Positions 41,301 to 49,503 of a stretch of DNA of 64,000 bases are shown in pieces (position 1 is the first letter of the stretch; each line of letters opens with the position of its first letter). The notes beneath the pieces are model-generated. The model saw nothing but the letters and a program-made list of their open reading frames with translations, was not told the DNA's origin and ran no database searches. This DNA comes from Deltaproteobacteria bacterium (lineage in GTDB: Bacteria > Myxococcota_A > Polyangia > Polyangiales > Houyiibacteriaceae), in the NCBI GenBank assembly GCA_034670305.1, contig JAXMNT010000027.1, forward strand, positions 39,125-103,124, given 5' to 3'. The position numbers and the translations under genes were made by a program.

Positions 41301-43223
41301 CGGGTGGTGAACTTCGCATACGAGTGGGACTGGCTCGCCAACCAGACCGAGTGGACCGACGACGCGCAGAACTTCTACGAACGAAGCCTGGGCGAAGGGC
41401 TCGGCAACGGTTTCGGTGAGACGGTGGACGGCGCGCCCGCGCGCCCGAGCGCGCTCTACTTCGCGAGCAACGTGCGGCGCAGCGGCGGCTTCGACGCAGC
41501 GGCCGACCGCGGCGGCTACCTGCGGGTGCGGTACGGGGTGAGCGGCAACGCGGAGACGCTGACCGTGCGCGCGCAGTGCCGGGACCGCTCCGCGTCGTCG
41601 GTGTGTGTCGACCCGGGTGCGGGCTCCTTCGACGCGCGGGAAGCCGCGCTCGACAGCGGCTGCGTGTGTGCGAGCGAGCAGCACACCCAGTACCGCTGGG
41701 ACGAACTGAACCGTCTCGCGGAAGCCCGCCGCTACGACCGCCATTCGGCCGGACCGGTCGACGGCGCAGACTGGATCCTGCAGGTCCGCCAGCGCATGCG
41801 CTACGACGGCGCGAACGTCCGCACTGTGAAACAGACCCTCGACGGCTACGGCGGCGCCTCGGTGCAAGAGCGCGCCGCGCTCTACGTCCTGCCCGGCGAC
41901 TTCGAACGCCGCGGGCTCTTGATTGGCACCGACCGCTACCGCGCGAGCACCGCGCTCGGCACCGAGAGCCAGTACCTCGTCGGCGGCGCCCGCATCGTGC
42001 ACAAGCCGGCCTCCGAGACCGCGCCCGGCGCCTTCGCGCGCGACGCCCGCATCACGTACGCCATCACCGATCTCCTCCAGAGCACAAGCTCCGTCGTGGA
42101 CTTGCGCTCCGGCGAGCTGCTCGAACACACGACGTTCCACCCGAGCGGCGCGCGCGAGACCCACATCGTCAACGAAGATGTCGAGAACTTCGCCACCGAG
42201 CCGAACGGCTTCACCGGCAAAGAAGCCGACGAAGAAGTCGGCCTCGTCTACTTCGGCGAACGCTACTTGATCCCAAGGCTTGGAAGATGGGCCTCACCCG
42301 ACCCGCTGCACGTACACGCGGTCGGAGGCGGAGAAGCGCTGAACTCGTACCACTACGTCGCGGGCAACCTGTTGCAGGCCCGGGATCCGGATGGGCTGCG
42401 GTTGGTGGGGGCAGCGACCACGATCGCGGACGGTACCGGCGCGAATCCGCCAGCAACGGTTTCGGCGGATGACTCGACGGAGATGTTCGAGCAAGACATG
42501 AGGTCCGGTCTAACGACCCGTGAGAGCGGCTTCATCGGTCGTGAAGGCAACGAGTTCTACCTAACAGAATCTGGACACGAGGCGCTCGCTTCGATTCAGA
42601 ACGGCATGCTCACGGTCGGCCAGGACGTTTCGTTGCATGCTGCGAACTGGCTCAGGATGATTGCGTCCAGCGTCATCTTCGAAGCCCACGCGCTTCCGTT
42701 GATGGAGGATGGGCCTTCGGGGAACAACTGGGAAACTACGCGATATCTCACTGCCGCGACTGCTCAGAATCCGGTTACATTCTCGATTGAGACACATCCA
42801 GCAGCTGGGTCCGGGCTGGCGCAAATACCCAATCGCCCGTCTTCGATTGAACTGAGTGCCCGGAGTCAGGTTTGGGGATCTACCCCTGTTCCCGGGACCT
42901 TCAACGCACCAGCTGATGCGAACCGAGCGTTCTTTTATGCGACATCTCGTCCAGGTCACATGTCCGCCCGAGTGGTGGCGCGGTTGAGTGCACTGACCGG
43001 GCTGTCCAGCAATGCCGCACACGCCGCTCTAGAAAGAAGGCAGAGTCTGGCGGCGGTCCACGAGCCTCAGGTCCATAGCGCCCGTGCCGCCATGGGTTTG
43101 CCCTTTCGTCACGGCGCACCGGGGGTGAATCAGAACGATCAGATGCTGCGGCGGTCGCTCGCCCGAACGCCCGACCGCGAGATCGCGGAGTTCATTGAGG
43201 ACACTTTCTCAATGGGACTGTAA
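35358..43223 (+). CDS. Fused TcB-TcC-like protein: SpvB N-domain, FG-GAP-like propeller, TcdB-mid, YD/Rhs shell, Rhs core, variable C-terminal domain (2621 aa)
   Basis: Signal peptide ..ATA-Q; GNGDVGFGWGL..IARQSDRGLPRY; six DxNxDGxxD-like motifs; YHDGYYEGIEQEFRGFG; FTGKEADEEVGLVYFGERY..GRWASPDP..RDPDGL. Confidence 0.95.
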   Translation: MTSLTLRLLILSALFASSLLLRPGTATAQPADLGTDPGLDSRFEQGAALESELEPELTEPIDREQRARMEAAAELGADAPGEIEPVALPSGEAKSAVEPSRVSLPATEGSVEGMGESFTPHLSSGTGTFSVPIALPGGRNGVQPSLGLAYSTGGGNGDVGFGWGLGVPFIARQSDRGLPRYLDGAAWTEEEDRFVYNGGSELVPVDSAGMAEVDASGLGYDAAGVPEDVRGWQQYRARIEGGFMRFFRSPDARQWVVQSPDGTRFDFGALSFGDGPADIDTRLSLVSERPDGAGRIGRWLLTRTSDANGSTIYYRYARSAGHHTLRDIFYVSPASCGSTAGDLVEAADAQRRCREPLSDYAVRVSVRYEPRDDVFTRYVLGWAETIGARVREVRVTAAQDVVGQRYLVRRYHLRYDPSSYHALLASVQVEGRPETMDPHANVPAFELLAEDAVPAGTGSGRTLPPMQFHYTQGPAGGPAGFHAFDPTVHAVTDSPDVSVDEARADLFDVNSDGLADLIVTDPARYRTAGGQPAVGVYFNGFAGTAADPAGHAAIFSAPVMVPMPPALAGSLALGNANIVPMDADGDGRSDLLHMPRRDTYGYFTAARGNPDPNAIQPTEQDWRFVYAQVELDGAADPRLDWLRDGGRTKVMDVNGDHLIDVVQTTGTAMRTWLNLGWLAGGEGRFGSATFDGDTWTLSTAPIETCLLHDGRPLDFSDPDVRVADMNGDGIQDLVRLARGQLRYWPGRGLSDRGGALFGVGPSSCGRGEGEGREIEMTSAPTELNPDLGGVFVTDVNADGASDLVQVRFDELDVWFNRGGSSFTSRVTLSVPMAPGFAPRVRFTDIDGSGTTDLVYANAGGWVYLDLLGGQRPRLLTEVENGLGASTELEYESSAVDYLLDLQDATECPGCETFAWQRDGRTDSAMAGGGGGSCDGDAQLYERSGECVYRSSGSPVISTVVRAMRTRDHFDLLGREENVVETRYAYHDGYYEGIEQEFRGFGAADAVAVGDADHPTQYTRTWFHQGRRPDAIASDRLADNPREALKGRTYLTESFDETNVFLSSAHASTAVRRLATGLDGRGVWFTYGFRTDELRYDTAPFEPGGGALELPRVRFEAVVGGGIPEGGDVEMGDLPVRGSRWAWIGGSTDAVDNLGQVLQSTAHGRLKGEDDDAPRSYDEAIVSHASHTVRNERGQWIRLGTSGFVTGHGAAGRLSETETDYDALGRVVATRAYAGTDGAAYDFGALTLTDQVLESSSRYDGWGNARVVCSGADLRGAAATECLRYAEIDFEETYHQLAQSERTALDGSSASYCAGTSPFCMLEASATFDRGLGAALSSTDANGLQSRVVLDGVGRPTASFVPAVNGCPANVPSVRISYDLAEAGRPVSVVQTEQLLDCEDASATITARSYTDGAGRPRASLTRAGAVRWEQSGLARFTARGTSREVKTIPEWIDSPTYVSAVAWSVQPSTRVRYDAFGRPRHAFAEDGSRSEVRYHALSSDACDALDLGTNPQFAGTCATERTDGHGRTIDAVQRQRRYGGGDEVHRLLTTYRADGHPLTITRAETASGAVGASVVDGHSSTRTFTYDSAGRRLGSTDPDTDNLGAPAGAQTWRYLFNRVGDLAAVRDPRGCGQDFYYDRAGRLLGERYVGCAEAMAVEETPDESVPAGSVGLEVLASAVPVDVRSVYDQRPDWAATFGAPASFDLGRAVAVSDRGQRSVLAVDGRGQPVWEARQMALPNLAPDVPVRLTSAELFDAEPVAPRVRRFDEAHTYLSTTTYDHASRVVSRTLPTDPDWETLGGAGAAPAVAGAITYDVLGLPLTMAVDIGGVRHGIVDAIDYTRQRSPSRVQYGDGTVSTFAYDVRQRPRTARTMRAATGASGLSAVTTACAHSYTWDAANNLVGRTDERNPSEWGPGFRPRAEMIGHDALYRVSNLDVAYREPDWRWSSVDASTDWRDTRAAEGAADPMRRRPAPMAPSLPDERVVNFAYEWDWLANQTEWTDDAQNFYERSLGEGLGNGFGETVDGAPARPSALYFASNVRRSGGFDAAADRGGYLRVRYGVSGNAETLTVRAQCRDRSASSVCVDPGAGSFDAREAALDSGCVCASEQHTQYRWDELNRLAEARRYDRHSAGPVDGADWILQVRQRMRYDGANVRTVKQTLDGYGGASVQERAALYVLPGDFERRGLLIGTDRYRASTALGTESQYLVGGARIVHKPASETAPGAFARDARITYAITDLLQSTSSVVDLRSGELLEHTTFHPSGARETHIVNEDVENFATEPNGFTGKEADEEVGLVYFGERYLIPRLGRWASPDPLHVHAVGGGEALNSYHYVAGNLLQARDPDGLRLVGAATTIADGTGANPPATVSADDSTEMFEQDMRSGLTTRESGFIGREGNEFYLTESGHEALASIQNGMLTVGQDVSLHAANWLRMIASSVIFEAHALPLMEDGPSGNNWETTRYLTAATAQNPVTFSIETHPAAGSGLAQIPNRPSSIELSARSQVWGSTPVPGTFNAPADANRAFFYATSRPGHMSARVVARLSALTGLSSNAAHAALERRQSLAAVHEPQVHSARAAMGLPFRHGAPGVNQNDQMLRRSLARTPDREIAEFIEDTFSMGL

Positions 43224-43312
43224 CTCACGGTCCGTGCGCATCACGTGTGCGTTCGACCCGTCGCAGTTCACACGACGTGCACCGCCCGCACGCACTGTCG
43301 AACATTCCCATC

Positions 43313-43328
43313 CGGCACGCCGATTGCT
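43313..43328 (+). promoter_or_regulatory. sigma54 promoter
   Basis: CGGCACGCCGATTGCT (GG-N10-GC); GTTCACA-CGA-CGTGCAC at 43266-43282 matches the 26247 palindrome at 15/17. Confidence 0.75.
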
Positions 43329-43377
43329 CTTGTCTCCGGCACTGGAGGCCACGTTGGGTGGGCTCCGAAACGGAGTG

Positions 43378-44865
43378 ATGAAGATGAGAGACTTGGGGAA
43401 CCGGCGCGTTGAGCGCGCTGGAACAATTGGGATGGTTGCGCTCACCGTGGTGGCCGCGGCTGGATGTATGACGGCGCCGGTGGACGGCACGGTGGTGGCC
43501 TCTCGAGACGCGCGGGTGCGGTTCGCGGGCTACATGAACGAGACCGACAGCACGGTCTCGGTGGAGGCTTCGGCGGACGGGCGATCGTTCCGGGAAGTGA
43601 CGACAGCGGTGTCGGGCGGGCGCGCCCATTCGTACTGGGACACCGACTGGTACGAGTGGTCTGCGTACGAGCCCATCCCGGCGGATCTCTGGACGGCGGG
43701 TGCGACTGGCTTCCACACCTACGTGCGGGCGCAGAGCGGCGTGCAGCTCTTCAACACCAACCAGAACCTCTGGAAGTGTGTGGGCCAGTCCGGGAAACTC
43801 GCGGACTTTCAGCGCGACTGCACCGAGCCGGTCGCGATCCTGTGCACGGAGGACTACCTGCCGAACGGGAGCCGACGTTCGCTCTGTCCCGGACGGGCGG
43901 TCGTGGCACGGCGGACCAACGGCGATGAACGACTGCACCGGCTGCAGGAGACGACCGACACGATCAGCTTGGTGAACCCGGCGGTGGAGATCGACTACCG
44001 AGGGGACAACGTGAGCTTCATCGACGTGTTCGATCAACACTTCAACGACGCAGGCACCTCGGCCGGCGGCGTGAACGTGGTGCGGTTTGCCTACAACGCG
44101 GACCGCACCAACCATGTGATGCGCAGGAGGCTGGACCCCGCCGTGGCCGCGGACGGTGCCTCCAGCATCATTCCGCCCGGCTGGCTCGGGGCCCGGACGA
44201 TTCGCCAGTACGACATCGGCGAGTGCTCTGCATCGGTGAACTGGCGCGGCGCGCTCGACGACATCATCGCGGCGGTCGAGAGCCGCTTCCGGTCGATCAT
44301 GGTCGGCCGCCGGCGGGTGGAGTTGCGGCCCCAGTCCCGCGCGGCCCTGCGGCCAGTGCTGCGGGCGAACGGAGACGACTCGGTCTACTTCGCAGAGGAC
44401 TTTGTCTTGTACGCGGATGCCGGCCGGCTCGGCTCGGTTCGGCTGGGCCTGGACATTCGCCTCGGCGTCGACGGCGGCCGCCTCAGCGCGACGGTGGATC
44501 CGAAGTCGACCGTGGAGTTTGAGGCTTCGCTGATCGCGCACCTCTCCGCCGCCTTTGGTGGCCGAACGCCGGAGGAGATCCGTGAGCAGATTCGCATGCG
44601 CATCGACGCCGCGGTGCCGCTCGCCATCGCCGGCATCCTGCCTACGAACGCGATGTTCGTAGAGTTCGAGCGGATCAACATTCGGGCCGATGGGCTGGAT
44701 GTGATCTTTGCCGACGACCAGTTGGACCCAGACTTTGCGCGGGCAAGCGATACGGACATGTGCGACCGAACGGGGCCGCCCGTCACCGACGACGCGGGCA
44801 TCCTCTTCACGCTCTTCGATCCGCCTTCCCCGAGAGACCACTTCCCACTCGGCGACGGCGGCTGA
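43378..44865 (+). CDS. Hypothetical lipoprotein
   Basis: VVAAAGC lipobox-like; GGAG just upstream; protein-like composition. Confidence 0.8.
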   Translation: MKMRDLGNRRVERAGTIGMVALTVVAAAGCMTAPVDGTVVASRDARVRFAGYMNETDSTVSVEASADGRSFREVTTAVSGGRAHSYWDTDWYEWSAYEPIPADLWTAGATGFHTYVRAQSGVQLFNTNQNLWKCVGQSGKLADFQRDCTEPVAILCTEDYLPNGSRRSLCPGRAVVARRTNGDERLHRLQETTDTISLVNPAVEIDYRGDNVSFIDVFDQHFNDAGTSAGGVNVVRFAYNADRTNHVMRRRLDPAVAADGASSIIPPGWLGARTIRQYDIGECSASVNWRGALDDIIAAVESRFRSIMVGRRRVELRPQSRAALRPVLRANGDDSVYFAEDFVLYADAGRLGSVRLGLDIRLGVDGGRLSATVDPKSTVEFEASLIAHLSAAFGGRTPEEIREQIRMRIDAAVPLAIAGILPTNAMFVEFERINIRADGLDVIFADDQLDPDFARASDTDMCDRTGPPVTDDAGILFTLFDPPSPRDHFPLGDGG

Positions 44866-44936
44866 GGTCCACGCTGCAACCAACGACCGAGCGGCGCCGA
44901 TCGGGGGTCGCTCGGTTGTTCTTGTTCATGCCCGCT

Positions 44937-46532
44937 TCACTCCACGTCGTAGACGCAGCGGAAGCCCATTGTGGCGAGGAAGGCGTCGGGGCCTCCGACT
45001 TCTCGGCGGGCGGCGCTTCGGATCGAGGGCTCGGGGTCCCAGTACTCGCCGCCGCGGACGGCGTGTTTGTCGGGGTCGTCGGCGGCGGCGCAGAAGGGAT
45101 CGGCGCCAGCGCCGACCCAGCAGAACCCGCTGTAGAGATCGAAGACGTCGGCGGTGAACTCGCCGACGTTGCCAGCCAAGTCGTAGAAACCTTCGACCGG
45201 AGGACAGGTCCCGACCGGGAGCGGCAAGCCGGTGCCGCGGGGCACGCCAAAGTAGGCGCGGTCGCCGCAGACGTTGGCGGCGCCTTCGGTGGGGACCTCG
45301 TTGCCCCAGGGGTAGCGGCGGTCGGTGACGAGGCCGCCTTCGGTGCGGCCACGCGCGACGTACTCCCACTCGGCTTCGGTCGGGAGGCGGCCGCCGTCCC
45401 ACGCGCAGAACGCGAACGCGGTGTCCCAGTAGAGGCAGTTCACCGGGAACCGGTCGGGGCCCCACGCGGTGGTGGGATCGGCCGGCACCGAGACGCGGTC
45501 CCAGACGCAGCCGACCCGATCGTCGCGCGGCTGTTGTGGGGTGGCGTGGGTGACGAGGGTGCCGTGGTAGTCGACGGAGTACGTCTCGGTCGCGAAGTCT
45601 TCGCTGTCGAAGAAGTGCCGGAAGCGGGCGACGCTCACCTCTTGGGTGTCCATGCAGAAGTCGCTCACCGACACAGCGGTGCGCACCGGCTCGGCGTTGA
45701 GTGCGCCGGTCTCGCCGAGGGTGAGTGTGCCGCCTTCGACGCACCGGACTTCGCAGCCGGCGGGCATCGGAGAACGGTCGCAGCTGCGCGGCAGGGGCAC
45801 GGTGGGCACGGCGGCATCCATGCCGGCGTCGGTGCCGGCATCGAAGGACGCGTCCGTGCCCGCATCGAAACCCGCGTCCGTGCCCGCGTCCATGCCCGCG
45901 TCCATGCCCCCGTCCATGTCGCCGGCGTCGGTTCCACCGTCGCTGCGGTCCGCGTCCGTTCCCGCGTCCGGCAACTCCGCGCCGACATCCGAACCACCGT
46001 CACGCAGCGCGGCGTCGAGTTCGGTGCCGGGGTCGACGACCATCGCCATCGGCGGGTCCACGCACACACCGCCCGAGCACGCCTGGCCGCGGTCCGCGCA
46101 TTCTTCCCAGCGGCTCGCGCAGGTTCGGTCCAAGAAGATCTGCACGAGCAACGTCTCGCCGCGCACGAAGCCGGTGCTGATCGAACCACCGACGAGTGGC
46201 GCTCCGTCGGCGTCGAAGGCCACGACGCGCGCGCCGACGAGCGCATCCACTCCGTCCGCTTCGGGTGCGAGCCCGACGCTGAACGGGATCGCGACCTGGT
46301 GCGGCGCCGGTCGGCGCGAGACTTCGCGGGTCGCGACGTCGCCCGCCACGCCGACGATGTTGGCGTTGTTCACGCTGAGCTCGACCGACGCGATTTCCGC
46401 TTCCGCTTCGTAGTTGCTGTCCACCAAGACGACGAGCTGGGTCGGGTCTTCGGCGCATGCAGCGGTGAGGAGCGCGCACGCCACCGCGGCGCGGAAGGCG
46501 AAATGCCGGTCCCGACGCCAATGGGACCTCAT
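44937..46532 (-). CDS. Lipoprotein with C-terminal FGE-sulfatase (SUMF1/EgtB/PvdO) domain
   Basis: LTAAC lipobox; DAG repeats; DTQEVS, RLPTEAEWEYVARG, YPWGN, DLAGNVGE, VRGG, GFRC. Confidence 0.92.
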   Translation of the reverse strand: MRSHWRRDRHFAFRAAVACALLTAACAEDPTQLVVLVDSNYEAEAEIASVELSVNNANIVGVAGDVATREVSRRPAPHQVAIPFSVGLAPEADGVDALVGARVVAFDADGAPLVGGSISTGFVRGETLLVQIFLDRTCASRWEECADRGQACSGGVCVDPPMAMVVDPGTELDAALRDGGSDVGAELPDAGTDADRSDGGTDAGDMDGGMDAGMDAGTDAGFDAGTDASFDAGTDAGMDAAVPTVPLPRSCDRSPMPAGCEVRCVEGGTLTLGETGALNAEPVRTAVSVSDFCMDTQEVSVARFRHFFDSEDFATETYSVDYHGTLVTHATPQQPRDDRVGCVWDRVSVPADPTTAWGPDRFPVNCLYWDTAFAFCAWDGGRLPTEAEWEYVARGRTEGGLVTDRRYPWGNEVPTEGAANVCGDRAYFGVPRGTGLPLPVGTCPPVEGFYDLAGNVGEFTADVFDLYSGFCWVGAGADPFCAAADDPDKHAVRGGEYWDPEPSIRSAARREVGGPDAFLATMGFRCVYDVE

Positions 46533-47365
46533 GGCGACCCCGGCTGCACGTCGTCGCCAGGGAACGTGCCCCCGTAGAGCTGTGGGTCGCGCCCGGCGAG
46601 CAGGACCGCGGTGACGATCACCGCTGCGACGACCACCACACCCGCGACGACGCCGGCGATCCACAGTCGTCGCGGCGGCGGCTCCTCCAAGATCACCTCG
46701 GGTGTTGGGTCCGCTTCGTGCGCTTGCGCGGCCACGGCGTCGGGTGCGGCGCTGCGGAGCTCGAAACGTTCGTCTGCCGAGGTCCCGGCCAGGAGGGTGA
46801 CCGAGCGCCGTTCGGTGAGGTGGCCGGTCGCGGCCACGGCGATGCGGTGGCTGCCGGGATCCAGCAGGACCGTGCGCTCGCGGCCTTCGGACGGAACCAC
46901 TTCACCGTCCACCGTGAGCTCGGCGGCCTCGGCGATGTCGGTGGGACCGATGCGGACGATCAGGGTGGCGAGGCTCGGCAGGATGCGTGCGCGCAAGGTG
47001 CGCTCGTCGGCGCGGTCCTGGTCGGACGGCGAGAGCTCGGGGAGCGCGTCGAGCACCGCGAGTGCTTCCCGTCCGCGACCGAGCCGCTGGAGCTCGATCG
47101 CGAGGTTGAGCGCGGTGCTCGCGCGCGGGACGAGCTGCATGGACTGGCGAAAGAGTTCGAGCGCTTCCGTGTGGCGATCTTCGCTGGCCAAGTGCAGGCC
47201 GCGGTCGAAGAACACGCGCGCCCGCGCGTCGTTCGACATCGCGCCCCCCGGTTCGGTGATCGGGTCGGGTTCGGCGGTCGCGTCGACCGCGTCCTGCGCG
47301 ACCGCGCCCGAGACGGACCCACACACCAGCCCGAGCGCAGCGATCATCGTTCGCATCCACCGCAT
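46529..47365 (-). CDS. TPR + PEGA-like protein with C-terminal TM helix
   Basis: ARARVFFDRG..ALELFRQS..TALNLA, LTVDG..LDPGSHRI, TM helix; ATGA overlap with the downstream gene. Confidence 0.85.
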   Translation of the reverse strand: MRWMRTMIAALGLVCGSVSGAVAQDAVDATAEPDPITEPGGAMSNDARARVFFDRGLHLASEDRHTEALELFRQSMQLVPRASTALNLAIELQRLGRGREALAVLDALPELSPSDQDRADERTLRARILPSLATLIVRIGPTDIAEAAELTVDGEVVPSEGRERTVLLDPGSHRIAVAATGHLTERRSVTLLAGTSADERFELRSAAPDAVAAQAHEADPTPEVILEEPPPRRLWIAGVVAGVVVVAAVIVTAVLLAGRDPQLYGGTFPGDDVQPGSP

Positions 47366-47419
47366 CTGCGCAGACCCTGACCCACCCCGCCACATCCGCC
47401 AAGCGAGAGATGCAGCGCC

Positions 47420-49345
47420 TCACCACTCGGTGCGGAGACTCGGGTTCATCGCAGTGACCTCGGCGTCATCGTCCGGCTCCGCCATCGACGTCATGGTGGA
47501 GGCGCGGCGTCCGTAGTCGCTCGGCGCGGTGCGGCTCCAGGTGAAGTAGAGGAGGGCTTGGCCTGGGTGCGTCACCGATCCGAGGGACGCGTTCTCGAGC
47601 GCCCGCTCGACGCAGGTGATCACGGAGGCCGTGGTCGGACAGTGTCGGACAGGCTCGACCGAGGTGACGCGTCCTTCGCGGTTCACCTGGGCCCGCCACT
47701 GCCACCCCCCAATCGGGGCGTCCCGGTAGCACTGGGTGACGGCGCGGGAGACCGACGCGTCCACCAGCCAGCGGCCAGCGCCGGTGACATTTCGCACGCC
47801 GTCCAGGCGCACCCATTCGCCGGGTCGGAGCAGGGGCCGGGTGGTCTGGCCACCGTTGCAGGAGACGCGCACGAGCATGGGGCGCCCCGGCTCGTCTCGT
47901 GCGACGCCCACCGAGGGGCGGTGCGTGGGCTCCGTTCGAGTTGGCACGGAGGTCTCCGTCGTCACCTCCGACATGGACGCCGGTGCGCCAGACCTCTCCG
48001 ACATGGACGCCGTCGAGTCGGCCATCGTGGTCATGCGAGAAGTCGTCGTGCGCATGGGCGTGGTCGCCTGGGTGACTTCCGCTTCGGGCGGCCGCACGGG
48101 GGGCTCGGTGGACGTGGCGAGCGAGGTGGTGTTGGGGGACGCGCCGACGGCGATCGGCTCGGTCGTCTGCGGGGCCGTGTCCGCGGGTTCGGTTTCGGCG
48201 GTCTCGGTTTCGGCGGTCTCGGTTTCGGCGGTCCGGGTCGGAACGGGATCGGAGCCGGCCACGAGCGTCCACGCGAGCGCGCTGGCACCGACGAGCGCGA
48301 CCGCACCGAACACCAAGCCCAAACGTCGCCGTCCGGGCGGCATCGTGGGCGCGGCGGTGGCGGACGGGGTCTCGGCGAGGGTGCTCTGCGGCTCGGGCCG
48401 AGCGGCGCTGCCCTTGGGAATCGCAGCACTGTGCGCTGTGGGGGAGGGTGCCCCGGACGCAGGCGCGCCAGCCGGTGACGCCGCTGCGTCTGCGCCGAAA
48501 AGTCCATCGCGCTGCGCCGCATCGGAGAGCGCTGTGCGGAACGCGCGGGCGTCGACGAAGCGGTCGCCGTCTTTCGACAGCGCCCGCATGACGGCCTTCG
48601 CCACGTGCGGCGCATCTGGGAGGTCGAGCGCCTTGGCCGGGTGCCGAAGCACGTTCATCAACACGCCGGTCGCGGATGCGCCGTCGTAGGGCAACCCGCC
48701 GCTCAGGCATTCGTAGAGCACCACGGCCGCCGACCACACGTCGGTGCTCGGTCCGGTGACGACGTCGCCCGCGGCGGCCTCCGGCGACATGTAGTAGGGC
48801 GTGCCGAGGATGGCGCCGGTCGTCGTGTGTCCGTCGCCCTCCCGCATCTTGGCGATGCCGAAGTCGAGCAATGTCGGCATGACGGCGTCGCCCTTGTGGG
48901 CGAGCATGAGGTTGCTGGGTTTGATGTCGCGGTGCACGACGCCAGCGGCGTGCGCGACCTCGAGCGCTTCGAGGATGGCGCACATCCAGCCCACGGCTTC
49001 GGCGTGCGAGACCGGTCCGCGTTCCAGGCGCTGCTGGAGGTCTTCGCCTTCGAGGAACTCGAGCGCCAGGTAGAGGCACCCGTCGACCACACCCATGTCG
49101 AGCACGTCGACGATGCCCGGGTGCTGCAGGCCGCCGGCGGCGCGCGCTTCGGTCATCAGGCGCGCGGTGCGTTTGGGGTCTTCGCTGACCTCGGGCCGCA
49201 AGAGTTTGATCGCCACCCGGCGGCCTGTGTAGGTGTGCACCGCGTCGTAGACCACGCCCATGCCGCCGCGCCCCACGATCGAGCGGAGCTCGTAGCGTTC
49301 GGTCAGCTTGGTGCCGACGCGTTCTTCTTCGGTGGGGATGGGCAT
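47420..49345 (-). CDS. Membrane Ser/Thr protein kinase
   Basis: [35 protein letters not shown] helix; TAETE x3; Met-rich linker; C-terminal Cys-containing domain. Confidence 0.95.
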   Translation of the reverse strand: MPIPTEEERVGTKLTERYELRSIVGRGGMGVVYDAVHTYTGRRVAIKLLRPEVSEDPKRTARLMTEARAAGGLQHPGIVDVLDMGVVDGCLYLALEFLEGEDLQQRLERGPVSHAEAVGWMCAILEALEVAHAAGVVHRDIKPSNLMLAHKGDAVMPTLLDFGIAKMREGDGHTTTGAILGTPYYMSPEAAAGDVVTGPSTDVWSAAVVLYECLSGGLPYDGASATGVLMNVLRHPAKALDLPDAPHVAKAVMRALSKDGDRFVDARAFRTALSDAAQRDGLFGADAAASPAGAPASGAPSPTAHSAAIPKGSAARPEPQSTLAETPSATAAPTMPPGRRRLGLVFGAVALVGASALAWTLVAGSDPVPTRTAETETAETETAETEPADTAPQTTEPIAVGASPNTTSLATSTEPPVRPPEAEVTQATTPMRTTTSRMTTMADSTASMSERSGAPASMSEVTTETSVPTRTEPTHRPSVGVARDEPGRPMLVRVSCNGGQTTRPLLRPGEWVRLDGVRNVTGAGRWLVDASVSRAVTQCYRDAPIGGWQWRAQVNREGRVTSVEPVRHCPTTASVITCVERALENASLGSVTHPGQALLYFTWSRTAPSDYGRRASTMTSMAEPDDDAEVTAMNPSLRTEW

Positions 49346-49383
49346 ATCGAGAGCGGGGAGGACGACGAAGCGCACTGCGATCG

Positions 49384-49433
49384 GACAGCACCGCGTTTGG
49401 GAAAGACAGCACCGCGTTGCCCGAAAGCAGCAC
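49384..49433. promoter_or_regulatory. Three direct repeats with 21-bp period in a divergent intergenic region
   Basis: GACAGCACCGCGTT at 49384 and 49405; CAGCAC core at 49386, 49407 and 49428. Confidence 0.65.
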
Positions 49434-49503
49434 AGGACGCCCCCCAAAAACGAGAGGCGCCCGCAATGTTGACGTGGCGGCTTCGGCTGTCATCGTAGCG
49501 CCG

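Noticed and set aside
35358-43223. T6SS-delivered Rhs effector
   Set aside because: No PAAR, VgrG or chaperone genes nearby; the N-terminus is a signal peptide followed by an SpvB-like domain.
43378-44865. Cognate immunity gene of the Rhs tip
   Set aside because: Large, high-GC, separated by 154 bp and has its own promoter motif. Not excluded, but unsupported.
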